From positions 1-64,000 of the forward strand of contig NOWV01000133.1 in NCBI GenBank assembly GCA_003344405.1: a stretch of DNA of 64,000 nt, read 5' to 3'. The DNA comes from Trichoplax sp. H2. Lineage: Eukaryota. Within the stretch, counting starts at the first letter, position 1, and every line of letters starts with the position of its first letter. Below are positions 1 through 13,116 of this stretch, in pieces. Under the pieces are notes generated by a model. That model was not told the DNA's origin, made no database searches, and was given only the letters and a program-made list of their open reading frames with translations. Position numbers and translations under genes: made by a program.

Positions 1-351
1 TGTCAATTACGACAATGCCTTACAACAGATCATATATGAAAATCAATGAATGATGTATCAATGGTGGAGATGTTCACTGCTGTACAACTACTAGGCTGCC
101 ATTAGCAATACATGTATCGATTACATCTGATGTGCTGTTGAATGGGTGCTGGCTGAAAGCTGAGCCAACAATGCAAATGCAATGAAGTATTTTGCTGACT
201 TGATGACTGTCAAAGTATGCAAAAGTAACATGCCTGACCATAGTAATTGAATTTTGCAATAGTAAATAGCAGTGATTGTCGATAATCTATCACCGTTTTA
301 TTGTTGTTATTTCCACTACTTTATGCATGCAATTGTAAAGCCAGGCATTAC

Positions 352-440
352 CTTCTCCTCGAGCTGTTTTTGCCTTTCCCATTGCTTCTCTTTCTTTCTG
401 CCACCACTATTGAGCAGAGTCAAATCTCGGTCGTCATGTC
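352..440 (-). CDS. Probable 5' exon of a gene divergent from Ral, continuing beyond the left edge of the window; product unknown
   Basis: Purine-rich segment ending in a strong donor (GAGAAG|GTAATG). Two readings are possible: first exon MGKAKTARGE (ATG at 382, phase 1), or internal exon HDDRDLTLLNSGGRKKEKQWERQKQLEEK after a TACAG acceptor. No downstream exon was seen in 1-350. Confidence 0.35.
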
Positions 441-1270
441 CTGTACTTGTACAGTACAGTATTGAACAAGATATCCGATTCTACAGTATAGTACTGTAGA
501 GAAAGCTGAACGGTATCCTAGTAACGATAGTACAGTACTGTGAGTTGGCAACTTGGCATACTATACAGAACAGTCTACAGTACAGTACAGTGTACTGTAC
601 ATTGTCACAGCACTGTACTCTTTCAACTTGGTATTGTACACTGTCGCAGTTGCGCAGTTTGAACTCAGTGAGTTGGCATACAGAACAGTGTACTGTACAG
701 TGTACAGTACATTGTACAGCACTCTTTCAACTTGGTATTGTACAATGTACACTGTAGCTTGTGGTCCTGTCGTCCTGTAGTCCTGACTCCTGACGCCTGA
801 CAGCCAGTCGGCCGGCCCACCCCTCCCTGAAACCTCGCCCAGGTGTGAGTCAGCTTTCCCGTAAAAGAAAATGACAGAAACTGAAACCGCAATCAATCTA
901 CAGTACACTACTAATTTAAGCAGAAAATGTCCAGGTTGTAGAAAGAGTGTACACTGTACTGGATCAAGCTAGATCTGGAGGGAAAGATGTCATTTTCCTT
1001 ATCCACCATACTGGACTGTCAGGGACTACTAAGAAAGACCCAGTCCTGACTCTATGACATACTGAACCCAAAGGAAGACCACTACACTAGTAAGGCACTC
1101 ACTGTACAGTGTACAGTGTACAGTAGAAAGTGAATTTCCATGCCCAATTACTGTACAGTGTGACATTGTACTGTACTGTACGTACACTGCTATCCATACA
1201 ATACAGTACAGTGTAGTGCATACTGAGTGCAGTACCGCCCAGCAGTCTTGGAATAGTACAGTACCATAGT
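440..1270. promoter_or_regulatory. TACAGT/ACTGTA-rich, relatively GC-rich island upstream of Ral (putative bidirectional promoter)
   Basis: Dense copies of tacagt/actgta/gtacag at 440-760 and 1080-1265 flank a GC-rich core at about 760-850, just upstream of the Ral ATG at 1448. Confidence 0.5.
538..756. repeat. Imperfect two-copy tandem duplication
   Basis: gtgagttggca...acagaacagt...ctctttcaacttggtattgtaca occurs at about 540-645 and again at about 668-755. Confidence 0.75.
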
Positions 1271-1447
1271 AGGAAAGGCAACTTGCTTGCGTCACTGGAC
1301 ATCCTCCTGTGATTGGTGACAACCAGAGGATGGAATCCGATTGTCCGACTTGGCCATACAAATCCTTCAATTAAGGTGAAGACTTGCTTGAACGTCCATT
1401 TGTTGTAGAAGAAGCAAATAGTGGGGGGAAAAAGCCACCAATTCATC

Positions 1448-4400
1448 ATGTCGAAGGCGAAAGAGAAGCAATTACCACTGCATAAGATCATTATGGTCGG
1501 TACAGGTGGAGTTGGCAAGTCGGCACTAACTTTGCAATTTATGTACGATGAGGTATGTCTTACTATGTAGAGGGTGGTTGATCCTTGTTAGTTTAGCAAT
1601 AGAGTATCAGTATAAACTGGAGGCAAATTGACCGCCCAGTCGTTAAAAGTAACACAGACTCTCTCTCTCTTTCTATCCCAATGGATGACAATTTGCCAAT
1701 ATCAAGTATAGCAGCCTTATTGAAACAGATACTTTATAAACTATTTTTACAGTGATCGATTGCATTCGTTTGCAATGTATAATTTGATAAAGCCTTGGTA
1801 ATTTTTTTCCGTCCGCCAACCGTTGCAAATTGCCATGGCTATCCTAGTACAGCTGCTCGTTGCGGTCAAAGCGTATGCTAGATCGTACCCATTTCTCTTC
1901 CAATAATGACTTACTATAGACTATACAGTAGCCCACCATGGCAATACAGTCGTCTTATGGAACCATAATAATTCAATACTTTCATCATAATTTTGACAGC
2001 TTTACTCATCAACAACTTGCACAGTAGACAGTCGTTTCACTTCCAAAAGATACCCTGAAACTGGAGCAATCCTTGATTCAATACTAGAATTTTCTCATTT
2101 TCAATATTCATGTTGACTTGCTTGCGAGATTTGACTGGGTCGTGATTCCCAATATCGTTGTATCAAGAGTAAACAAAAAGTGACTTGGGCTACAACATTA
2201 AATGAATATCGCTCAACTCTTGATACTAATAAGTAACTGGCAAATTGTTGCTAAAAAGTGAAATAGACAAGTAGTTCTATCCAACAAGGAAATGAAATAG
2301 GAACGAAAATTACCTATAGAAAATGAGAACGTGACTTGGTGGCTATTATTGTACACCTTCACTTTTATATAATTTTAGAGAGAAAGTTCTCATCCATCAC
2401 AATTGAAAAAAAAACAGCCAAACTAGCATGCATAAACAGCCGACAATATACCCCTTATCCACTGCCCATACAGTCGGTACAATTTTCCAACCTGATTAAT
2501 GATTGCTCTCTCCGCTTATCAAGTCAAGTAAATGATACAAAATAAAATGGCTACCTTGTATTATTTCCTTACCATCAAGCGCAAAGAACGACATGATGAC
2601 GAGTCGTTTTGATGATAATGAGTACAGAGCATAGAAGAGCTAGCCATATCTTCGTATACCATGATGAGTACCATGCTTAAACTGTAGCATACTTCTTGAC
2701 GGCAAGTTTTAGTTATACATTGCTATTTATTATGACAAATGATATACTGCATTCTCTACCATTTCGTCATTTTCCAGTTGGAAACCGACCAGAGCACCCT
2801 TACCCATTTTATGCGGCATATTATGATCCAACTCTATACCAGACAGTTTAATAAGAACAACCGCTAATGATGATATCTATAAACTAAGTAAACTTGAAAA
2901 TACTTTTCTTTACCCTACAGTATATTGTAGTATAGAAAGTGGAGAACAAAAAATGACTAAGCAGAACAGGTTCGTTTAACATCGACTCTATTGTTGTCTA
3001 TAATCCTCGTAGTGTATATCTAAATTGAAAAAAAAAATATTTTAATAGCCGAACTTACGCTCGTAATGGAATCGGATCATCAGTTATAGGGTTATTCTTC
3101 GTCTTTGTCATTGATTCATTTAGACAGGCTATGAATACTTGCATTGCAATATTCTCTCTCTTAATACACGTATGTACTACTTGCATGAGATTGTGTCATA
3201 AATTTCTAGTTCACTGCAGCTGATGCTGCGACCGTAGATATGTCTGTATTCTAGATAGAATTAAGATAATAAATTAATAGTATTTACTTGAAAGCAAGAG
3301 ATTGAAAAAATCTTCATCTGTACTGCATCTTTTACATTTAGTTAAGCACATTCCCAATATCTAAATTTTTGCAATTTCTTATACTTATTATGATCTCACA
3401 GCTGCACAGTACAAAAATGGGAATAAAAGGTAAACCCCGTAGACGCACAATTACTCTACTGTATCATAATGATGATTGCTTACGCATTCAAATACGACAT
3501 GATATCGATTTCTTCTAGCTGTGATGCATGCTATGGTATACTTTCCCTTATTATAATGTGTGATATTTTACATTCTTGACTACTACCATTATAATGATTC
3601 TCAGCAGTATGTGTTTAGCGATTCCATTGACTGTGTTATCAGTAAAAATACAATAGCACATTTCCGCATTTTACTGTACACTAATCCTACCAACTTGGAA
3701 TGACACATTACTTGTTGTACTTTGCAAAGTTCTAGCTAGTAGCCAATAGATTATAGCTGTGCTATATTTCTACAATCTTAATTTCAAGCCATATTGTATG
3801 TGTTTCAATCAGAACAGCAGATTATAACATGCACGAAAGTTTTCAATGAGTTCAATTCTTTACTCACGACCCAAACTAAATAGCCTATACTGTGCGCACA
3901 TATAGGATTTAATTGCTCATCTATGATTGACTTATACTTTTATTTATTGAAGAAATGATCGTCAAAAGTAGTTGTTATAACAATTGACAAATAATATTAT
4001 ATATCATCAAAAGGAAAATGGATCGTTGGCTGAATAATTAAAATGGTGTACGTGATTTTATACATGTTCAACTGCGCATGTAGATAATACATACATATAA
4101 ATAGAATCGATCATGTAGCCTATGCAACAGAATAAAAGAAGATGTAATATATATATATTAATCATTAGTATACGAAAATATGGTTTAAAGTACTATACGG
4201 GTATGACGGCTTACATTAAACATTAAAATATATACTCTACTCGTATAGAATTCTTGAATTTTCCTTAATTTATTGTTATAAGTCTGACTTAATCTTCCCC
4301 CCAATAAAAAACAATTTCTCTTAAATGTACAATAAAGAGAAGATGTAGTGTTGTTGATCGTAGATTAATGTAAACGTCGTATTGTAGAGTAATAATTCAA

Positions 4401-5401
4401 GAAATCAAAAGTCGCCCACTATGCAAACTTGAGGTAGCTGTGGCCTTGATGATTATCACTTTTTGACTTTGTAGTTGCAGCCGAGGTGCTTATTGGTATT
4501 TCCTTGTCATCACTGGCAAGATTATTATTATATGCTGTGATGTACTACAGTACTGTACTTAGAAATAATGAAATGAAAAGTCCTCCGTATAATAATGTAA
4601 TAAAATTTTTCAATCAGTCTTTCGAACCAAATGTATCTCTTACGACTATTTTCTATATACAGTACATATAAACATCGGCTACGGTCGTACGCTTAATGAC
4701 TTTATTATCATCATGAACAATTTTCTATCACTGTATACGTCATAAAAGCAGAGTCAATATCGTCAATATAATTATTATTGCCCTGTATAATATATATTCT
4801 TTAAGTAAAAATTTTTGATTACTGCCAATAATAGACGAAATTTGTAATTAACTTTGTATTCGGCTTAATTGTAAGAAGTAGATGCTAATTTTCATTATCC
4901 GAACGCTTTTATTTACAGTTCGTCGAAGACTACGAACCAACTAAAGCCGACAGTTATAGAAAAAAAGTTGTATTGGATGGTGTCGAATGTCAAATTGATA
5001 TTTTAGATACAGCAGGGCAGGAAGATTACGCTGCTATTCGGGACAATTATTTTCGGAGTGGTGAAGGATTTCTGTGTGTTTTTTCCGTTGCTGAGCGAGA
5101 ATCATTTCAAGCTACAGCGGAATTACGTGAGCAAATTCTTCGTGTTAAAGCTGATGAAAGAATACCCATATTATTAGTTGGAAATAAATGCGATTTGGAA
5201 GATAGACAAGTGACTGCGGAGGAATGTCAATCTAAAGCGAATGAATGGCGTATTTCGTATGTGGAAACATCAGCTAAAACAAAGCTAAATGTTGATAAAG
5301 TATTTTATGATTTACTCCGAGAAATTAAAAATCGTAAAGATCAAGGCGTTGCTAAAGCTCCTGGTAAGAAAAAGAAAAAGAGCAAATGTACTATATTGTA
5401 A
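1448..5401 (+). CDS. RAL: Ras-related GTPase Ral, 2 exons (1448-1552, 4919-5401), 195 aa
   Basis: [51 protein letters not shown] gives the Ral-type effector loop. Also [30 protein letters not shown], a polybasic tail and CAAX CTIL. The phase-0 GT-AG intron is 1553-4918. Confidence 0.97.
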
Positions 5402-5538
5402 AATAGGTGTCCTTTTACATTGTGGGTTATTTAGCCGTAAGCGGATAGAATTTATGAATTGGAAAGAAAATGGATTACAAGTTTTTTGCGTCTATAAAAG
5501 TTGCTACAATTTAATTTTCTGTGTGTTGTTGTACATTC

Positions 5539-5544
5539 AATAAA
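5539..5544 (+). other. Candidate polyadenylation signal of Ral
   Basis: AATAAA about 140 nt after the Ral stop codon. Confidence 0.5.
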
Positions 5545-8500
5545 CATTTGGAATATGATACACACATATGCTTACCTTCTACAGTACACTAACATGGGTA
5601 TCCTCTCTATATATACTGTAGCCTTGTTTTTACCATCACTGTTTTATGCCTGTATTGGAATAGTGCTATGTAATTGTTAATTGCTCTTAGCCTCTTTTTC
5701 ACGCTTTTTGTTGTATTTCAAGTTTTATTCTAGGCTTCGATATTGTTGTTAGAGTTTAAAGTTATTGATGCATATTATACTACTTAAATAATCGTTTATA
5801 GGATTAATGATAAAAAATCATTATTGGATACTGTTTAATATTTCCGATAATAAGAATTTTGTTTTAAAATATGAAGGCAATTAATCGAATGGATGATAGA
5901 TCTACGATTTGTTGATGTGAATGCTGATCTCTCAATCATAGTTCTATGTTGATCCGTTTTGATAATAGAATTTAGTGGCTGAGATAATTTAATATGCGCT
6001 GATTGACCTTTTAAATTTAGTATCAACATGACTATAATTTGAATTCAACTAGTCGTAAGAAATGAAAGATTTTCAGTTTATGGATATAAATAAGCGTTAT
6101 TAAACCTCATTATCTCCAATACATGATGTCTGATATGACCTTGATTCATCTGGATCTGTTAAACTTTGTATCACTACTTTTCGTACTTATAATTAATTGC
6201 TCTGTTCCTTCGTTAATACTAAGTTTCATCAGCGTAAAGATAATAGTGATAATACACTATTATTCCTCTAACGTGTGTCATAAAATAACGGTATGTGAAG
6301 TATTCAATTCTTTAACAGTTTCTTAATCTTCTAGTGATAACAACTATCGTCAATGCGATGGTAATGAGGATAACATCGTTATATCGACGTTGGACGTAAA
6401 AAGTAGTACTTATTGAGGGATTTTATGCTCGTTTTTTTGTCATAGTAAAACTTTGTAAAGTCAAAGTTACAAGTACTACGTTGTATTTCCATCATACTTG
6501 TGTGTTAATATATGGCAGAAATAGATTGCATAATGAACACATCTAGTTATAATTCCAGTCTCTTTTAGTGTCATAAGGTTTTTCACTGAAACAGTTTTCG
6601 ATCATTGACGAACATGGGCTGTAATCATGTTTACCGATAGCATTTGTATAGCATCCGAAATCGCAACAGATACTAGAAATTTATTATATAATAGCGGAAT
6701 GTATTCGAACGTTTTTCGTTTTAAATAAAATTCACATAAGCACAAAATGATTGAAATAAAAGACCTTCATTGCAATGATTTCCATCTAGTGTAGACCCTT
6801 AATATGTTATAGACAAACCTAATGCTATCTCAAGTCCAATTAAATTAGAAATACAGAAGAAATGCATAATGTACCAAAGTACGATGTTGTAAAGGTAAAT
6901 TATCACTAGTGAGCTGCGTAAGCTGCAAATTCAACATTAGTAATACCGAAACGGCTATACACGTATCAAAGGCTTAAATTTAAACGGAATGTGGTCATTA
7001 TACGTCATAATAATGATGAAATACGAAAGCACAACCTTACAACAGTCAATTTTCGAACGTCTCTTTACACTTTGAAGTTTTACTTGCTATAAAGTTGAAT
7101 TTGTCTGAATTGTATAAATATACTACTTTGTAATGATTTCAGCTAATTGTAGTCATACAGTAGTCTGGTTAATAGGATAAGACGGCGCACTTATACTGTT
7201 TCTAGTATAAGAGTGTAGGGCGTATGTGAACCAACGGTAATAGCTGGAGACTATTACTCGGTCATTACATGCTTAAATGTAGTAGAATATGAACTATGAT
7301 AGACTGATCGTATCGCTTTTCGGATATTTCTATAACTTTCATATATTCGTAGTCTAAGTAGTATTAGAGTAATTAAAAGAGAAAAAAATTAAGTTATTTT
7401 ACTTTGGACGTTGTTCAACTATTCGTCGTGCATACGTAAACAAAATCAAGTATTAAAGTAATTGCCATCAAACAGTCAAAAGTAACACTTAGACGGGAGA
7501 TTTTAAACTATGGAAATAAGTCCACAGCAACGGTTTTCCTGAATTACGATGCTAGGTACCTAGCAAATAGTAATTTACTAGTACCTATATTGGAATACAT
7601 TTATTGAATGATTCAATTATCACTCGAATTAATTTACTCTCAAATCTTTGAGGAATCACGACTCGAAAGTTATTCTACTTTCATATAATGTAGGTATCGA
7701 TAATCAATTATAGATTTGGAAGTCGATCTAGCAATATAGATTGCATTACTTTCAATCATTAATCTTTCATTTGATACCAAAGAATAAATTAAATTTTGTA
7801 AAATTATGATAGAAAACACCACATAGAATAAGTTTCGAATCTAACTTTGAAGTCTGTACATTATATTACTATATTTTTTACATTAAACTCAGTAACAATA
7901 GGCCAACAGGGAGTAGATTTTGTTGATATTCATATATTTCGCATCATCCTGAAGATGCCCGGCTATGGACTAGGTATAAGAAAGCTCTAATACAACCATA
8001 GGCTAATATCAGAATATTTAAAAGAGTTGAAGTACTGTGAAATGCAACATGTACTACTTACGCTTGGAGTAATATCGAAATATTCAAGGGAACTTAATAA
8101 TATATATTTGCCTATACTCATTTCATCTAAGATACTATGTATTTTTCATGAAATTATATGCCCCTTATGGCGTAAATATTTCAAAAATATCATTTGTGCG
8201 TATCTATAACAATAAACTCGTTGGAATAACAAGCAATGTCGGAGTACTCTTCTTAAATCTTATAAATCGATTTTTTTATTTCGAGAAAGCATAAAATACA
8301 GGTCGGCATTGAGCATAATTACATGAATATATCTTAGAAGAACGCGTAAATAAATACTCTAAGCAATACTTGCCAAGTATACCAATAGATTTGATTATTT
8401 CAATTATATATAATTATACACTAGAATTTTAATTACTTCCATACGACATGTAAGATACCGTTGATAAATCAGTCGATGCTTGTGCACCGAGATTTAAAAA

Positions 8501-8582
8501 ATGTTAGCAATTCTAAGGTATCTAAAGTTAAAACACGTACAATTACTAGCTCTTACTTTAGAATCGAATTATAACAAGTAAT

Positions 8583-9914
8583 TCAATTTAATATATTATA
8601 CAGCGTATTTTCTCTTTCCGAGCGCGTAAACAGCTCATGATTAATCATTACTTGTCTTAATTCTGGATTATTCATCTTGATAGATACAAGATGAGCGCGG
8701 ATAGTTGGTAAATAAGGATCAACAAAATTCCGTAAATCATATTTCAAATGATCAATTAAACTAGTTAATTTACATCGTTTTCGGAAACAACATAAATGGA
8801 GACTTGCGACTACTTCAACCAAGTAGGATTTTTTACCTACAAATAATTCAAATGCAATAACTGTATCTCGAATTATTTTAATAATGTAGTATTCATCAAA
8901 GCGAAAATCAAAGGTAGAATTAAAGCAATATGGAATAGCTGCGTCTAACATGATTATCTTTACACGGACAGTATAATATAAAAAATAAATTATTTGCCAC
9001 ATGTGTTGAATTTCATAAAACTGCATAATATACATTTTACTATTTTTTTTCAAGAACTGCAATTTATACGTATTACCTTTACATTTTACCTTTTTACGAT
9101 ATATAGCTGTTTTAAGTGGATATAATTGCTTAAGAAATTTGTTATAAAATTGAATAAAAATTTTAAAGTGGCCCGTTAAGGGCATAATTCCAACCCTACA
9201 CGTAGAATTACCAATATGATGATTGAAATTGATACTGTTCCGCCCAGTCAATATTACAACCGCAGCATTTATCGCATCATAATGATATCGATTACAACTA
9301 ATGGTATATTGATGTAGATTATTTTGCAAATAGGATGCAGCATCGGTATTACTTTCAAATTGAGTTAATAACGCTTGCAATGTATATACAAAAAACTGAA
9401 GAGTATTTTCTTTCGTTGTATAGTCCAGATAATTTTTCCATGTACCAAAATTTGATATTATGCTCATGCTGCTTGGTATAGAACAAGGATTGATGATACT
9501 GTAGTGTTCGCTTGGAAGAAGAGATTCGTTAATGTCATGATCTTTAACATTATCTTGATTTAAATCGTCGCTAACAGATTGTTTCAACTCAGAATTATGT
9601 CTGGTTTGATACAATTCGTTTAAACCTTGTTGAGAAAGATCTGTAGTCGATGGATTATTAACAATATAATTATTTTGGCAGATTGTTGAAGTTACTTTAG
9701 GCGGTAGATAACTTGCTGATATACTTGAGTTACAAGATATTAGATGATCTATTCCTTCCGTACGACTTCTGCTGCTAAATTTACTAATAATTGGGTCTTG
9801 ATAATCTTGACCTTCTTTATTGGATTGAATCATTTCAACGTTGCCTTCAGATTTTTGCTTAACTGGATTAAAGCCTAATGAGAAAGTTGTACAATCGGTG
9901 AATTTAAGATCCAT
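8583..9914 (-). CDS. Hypothetical protein with intronless CDS (443 aa from the first ATG)
   Basis: Open frame of more than 1.3 kb in very AT-rich DNA. The N-half is S/N/Q/D-rich and the C-half is basic/hydrophobic. It is preceded by a branch site and acceptor (actgat...cttaaag| at 9932) and a GTAAGT donor at 10154, consistent with a 5'UTR intron. No family recognised. Confidence 0.7.
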   Translation of the reverse strand: MDLKFTDCTTFSLGFNPVKQKSEGNVEMIQSNKEGQDYQDPIISKFSSRSRTEGIDHLISCNSSISASYLPPKVTSTICQNNYIVNNPSTTDLSQQGLNELYQTRHNSELKQSVSDDLNQDNVKDHDINESLLPSEHYSIINPCSIPSSMSIISNFGTWKNYLDYTTKENTLQFFVYTLQALLTQFESNTDAASYLQNNLHQYTISCNRYHYDAINAAVVILTGRNSINFNHHIGNSTCRVGIMPLTGHFKIFIQFYNKFLKQLYPLKTAIYRKKVKCKGNTYKLQFLKKNSKMYIMQFYEIQHMWQIIYFLYYTVRVKIIMLDAAIPYCFNSTFDFRFDEYYIIKIIRDTVIAFELFVGKKSYLVEVVASLHLCCFRKRCKLTSLIDHLKYDLRNFVDPYLPTIRAHLVSIKMNNPELRQVMINHELFTRSERENTLYNILN

Positions 9915-11688
9915 AGGATTACTTTGAAGTCCTTTAAGAGAGTGCAATCAGTAATATAGCGGCTTACTGCACTTGTAAGATATAGGATGATTTATTCTCT
10001 TGATTCGATTCAATGTATTAATACCACATTAACTATATTTCGAATCTTTTTTTCCTTGCAATTTATTATAATTAAGTCAAATAGTTTTGAATTGGATCTA
10101 GATGTAAACTGTGATCAGTGTTGATCCTTTGCTTTTTCCTTTAACTTTACTTACAAATGTTCTTTCTTAACATAGAAAATCAGAGTTGATTTATCAACTT
10201 CTTGTATTAATTCGATGTTCAGGTTGTTCTTGCGGTAAGGTAATTTCCTGTTTAACAGATTATGCAAACTGTCGTCGCTCACACATAAATATGCAAAATT
10301 ATTCTCAGTCCGAAAGGTTTTACGTCCATATTTCAACTGAGTGACGAATCGATTTCATTTGATAGGAGTATTTAACTCTATATAAGTCAATGTTGCTATT
10401 TATATTATACATAATCGCTTCTAAAAATAGCTCATTTTTATTCCAGTGGTACATTAAAGTAAGTAAGTCAACATTTACAAGTTAGTATGACGTCGTTGGT
10501 TTCCCAAATTAAGTAAGTTATCATAGTTTTGGATAGGATATCATGAATTAGCTAATTTAGTATTTCAATGATTATGTTAGTAACTACCGAAGATTATAAA
10601 TACGCTGACATGGGTTATTATTTTACTCGTACTTAGTTGTGTGTCCTAACCGTATCCCATTATGGCCTTTCCATATATGCCTTACGATACCTTATTTAAG
10701 CTTCTATCACAGCTCGACAGTACAAAAAATGATCATATTCTACCTCATCTATGCCACTACTGTATACCCGATTTAATACCAAAATAGAAGCAATTTTTAT
10801 TCATATTAGGATGCTAAGCAAATATATATACATCAATCTTAATATGGATCATTTATCGAAAGTAAGGATTCTAGATTTTGTTCTTGCACTCAGCGGTTGC
10901 GCTAGGAATTTGTTGATATCATTGCAGCATTTGCGAAAATATTTCTATGGCGTAAAAAACAGGCATCTAAGGTTTACCATATTGAATTAAAAACAGACCG
11001 AGACAGTTAGCTTTATTAAATAAGTTATCAAATCCTTATATCATTGATTGATCACACGTTTTCATCTATCTTAAACCCACAGGCTTAGTTAGGCCGATTT
11101 TAGTCTTTTTGTCAATCATCTTCTTGAATTTTAGACTATATAGTGAAGATTAATATGGGCTTGACTTTATTGGCTGCCAAATATAGAGGTTAGGAACAAC
11201 AGATTTCAATCGTATCGGTGAGAGAAACTATCAGAAAGGCAAATACAAATTGATGTAATAATCTAGCTTCTACAGTATATACCACGAGGTAATGTTGGAA
11301 ACAGTAAAATGACTTGCTATTCGGTGAAAAAAATAACTTGATTGCCTAACTATAAGAAATTGACTTAAAATCTATTTTAATATCATAACGTTCTAATGAT
11401 TATTAGCAAAGGCACAATTTTGATAGAGATCAAGCACGTATCGCTATTTCAATATTTCACTATAAAATTTTAATTACTCTGACCATATCAGGCTTATTAA
11501 TTAAAATGAGTGATTATAGAAAAGAGACCATTTCTGTCTAAGCATATTGCCTATTTACCCCCTGAAATGGCAGGTATATACTTCCAGTAAAATCAGTATA
11601 TGAATATAAATTAAGAACATATTGCAACTGCTACAGTGATGATTATTTGCTAGATTAAAATCTATTATTGGCTAACGAAAGTTATCTA

Positions 11689-13116
11689 CTACTTTAAGGG
11701 AGAAATATCCTTCAAGGTAGTTACTTCGAAGCGAAAATTTGTTGGTATTGAGGATAATTTCAGCCGGTAAATAGCCTTGATGTCGTCAAGCTATAAAATA
11801 TAATTTAAATTGATGAGCATATTTAATGAATGAGAGTATTTAATGTCAGTTAACAAGTATATGTATGGTATGTAAACTATTTAAAAATGAAAATCAACCT
11901 TGAGATATCGTAAACATTTACGTATGCATTGAAGTATCTATATACTATACATGCAAATCGTCGCTCTAGTCAGATATAAGTTACTTTTAGACAATTATGT
12001 ACCTTTTCAGTCAAAACGCCAGTTTTTGATTCGGCAGCTAAAATAAAACTTGATTCTCCTTTACCGGAGATGCTATGCCATAATTTACCAAGATCTGGTT
12101 GTTGGTTGGACTGCAATTTTTTAAAATCAACATAACAACCACTAACAATAGCTTTAACGTTATGTTTTATCATTGGTCGCTGATCTATATCCACAGCCTC
12201 TAGACTACTGAACGAAGTACTTCCTCGAAAGCAAAATGGAGAATTGGAATTGAACTCTTCGATATTTGACATGACTTCCTTGAAAGTATCGCTACTTTCA
12301 CGTTGTGATGTCTTCATTTGCGCTGTAAAAGCTGATTAAAAGTCGATGAAATCTTAGATAATAAGTCTTTAAAACAATTATAATATATAATTGCATTATT
12401 CCGGTATTTATAATTATATCAAGGGATATTGTTGAATTGGAATTAAAAATAAATGGTATTTATATATTACAGGCTACTAATAATTTAGCATACTCCTTTT
12501 AGATTGGCTTGATAGGAATGCAATCATAGAAGGCATCAATTTATCATTTGTAACAATCCCGTCGGCGACATGTGCAACATTTCTTTGTTGGATGGACATC
12601 GTATACCCTTTTAAAAATTTATTAAGTGATGCGATGCCGAATAAATATCCAGTTTTGTTCAAGTTAGATGCATTGCCGTCGGTAAAATAGAGAGTAGCAT
12701 GATGATGCTTGGAGTGCATTTTAAACGCGATAGATTTTTGTTGAACCTAGTGATAGATAATAGGATGATGCTTAAATACGATTTTAATGATTCCATTTTG
12801 TTAATTAATTCTAAATTGGTCCATTAGGCTACAAAAATCAGGCGGGAATATATCGTAAGTTAGCTAAAAACTGTCGCTGGCAGCTACGAACAACGAATAA
12901 GAGTTCTGATCGCAGTAGTAACATTTGACGATTACCTGTTGGCAAATTTCATTATTTGATGGAGAATATTTAAGTAATTGAGTAGTAGTATTTGCCGTAA
13001 TCATGTAGGTACTGCCCTGAGGAATAAATAATGTAGCTCCTGAATCTAATCGCGCTGCTTGGCCATTAATTTCAGCATAAATGTTGCCTTTTAGAATGTT
13101 AACCATGACTGAAAAC
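11689..13116 (-). CDS. Four exons (13116-12936, 12746-12494, 12322-12003, 11790-11689) encoding the C-half of a cupin plus an acetolactate-decarboxylase-like region; probably the 3' part of the oxidase gene
   Basis: All junctions are GT-AG and phase-consistent (2,0,1,0), ending ...TTLKDISPLK*. VNILKGNIYAEINGQAARLDSGATLFIPQGSTY matches the cupin pattern. Confidence 0.8.

Noticed and set aside
545-1518. Overlapping Tyr/Cys/Thr/Val-rich ORFs on both strands (also 28115-28324)
   Set aside because: They are translations of the TACAGT/ACTGTA repeats, which lack stop codons, or antisense to Ral exon 1. No protein-like features.
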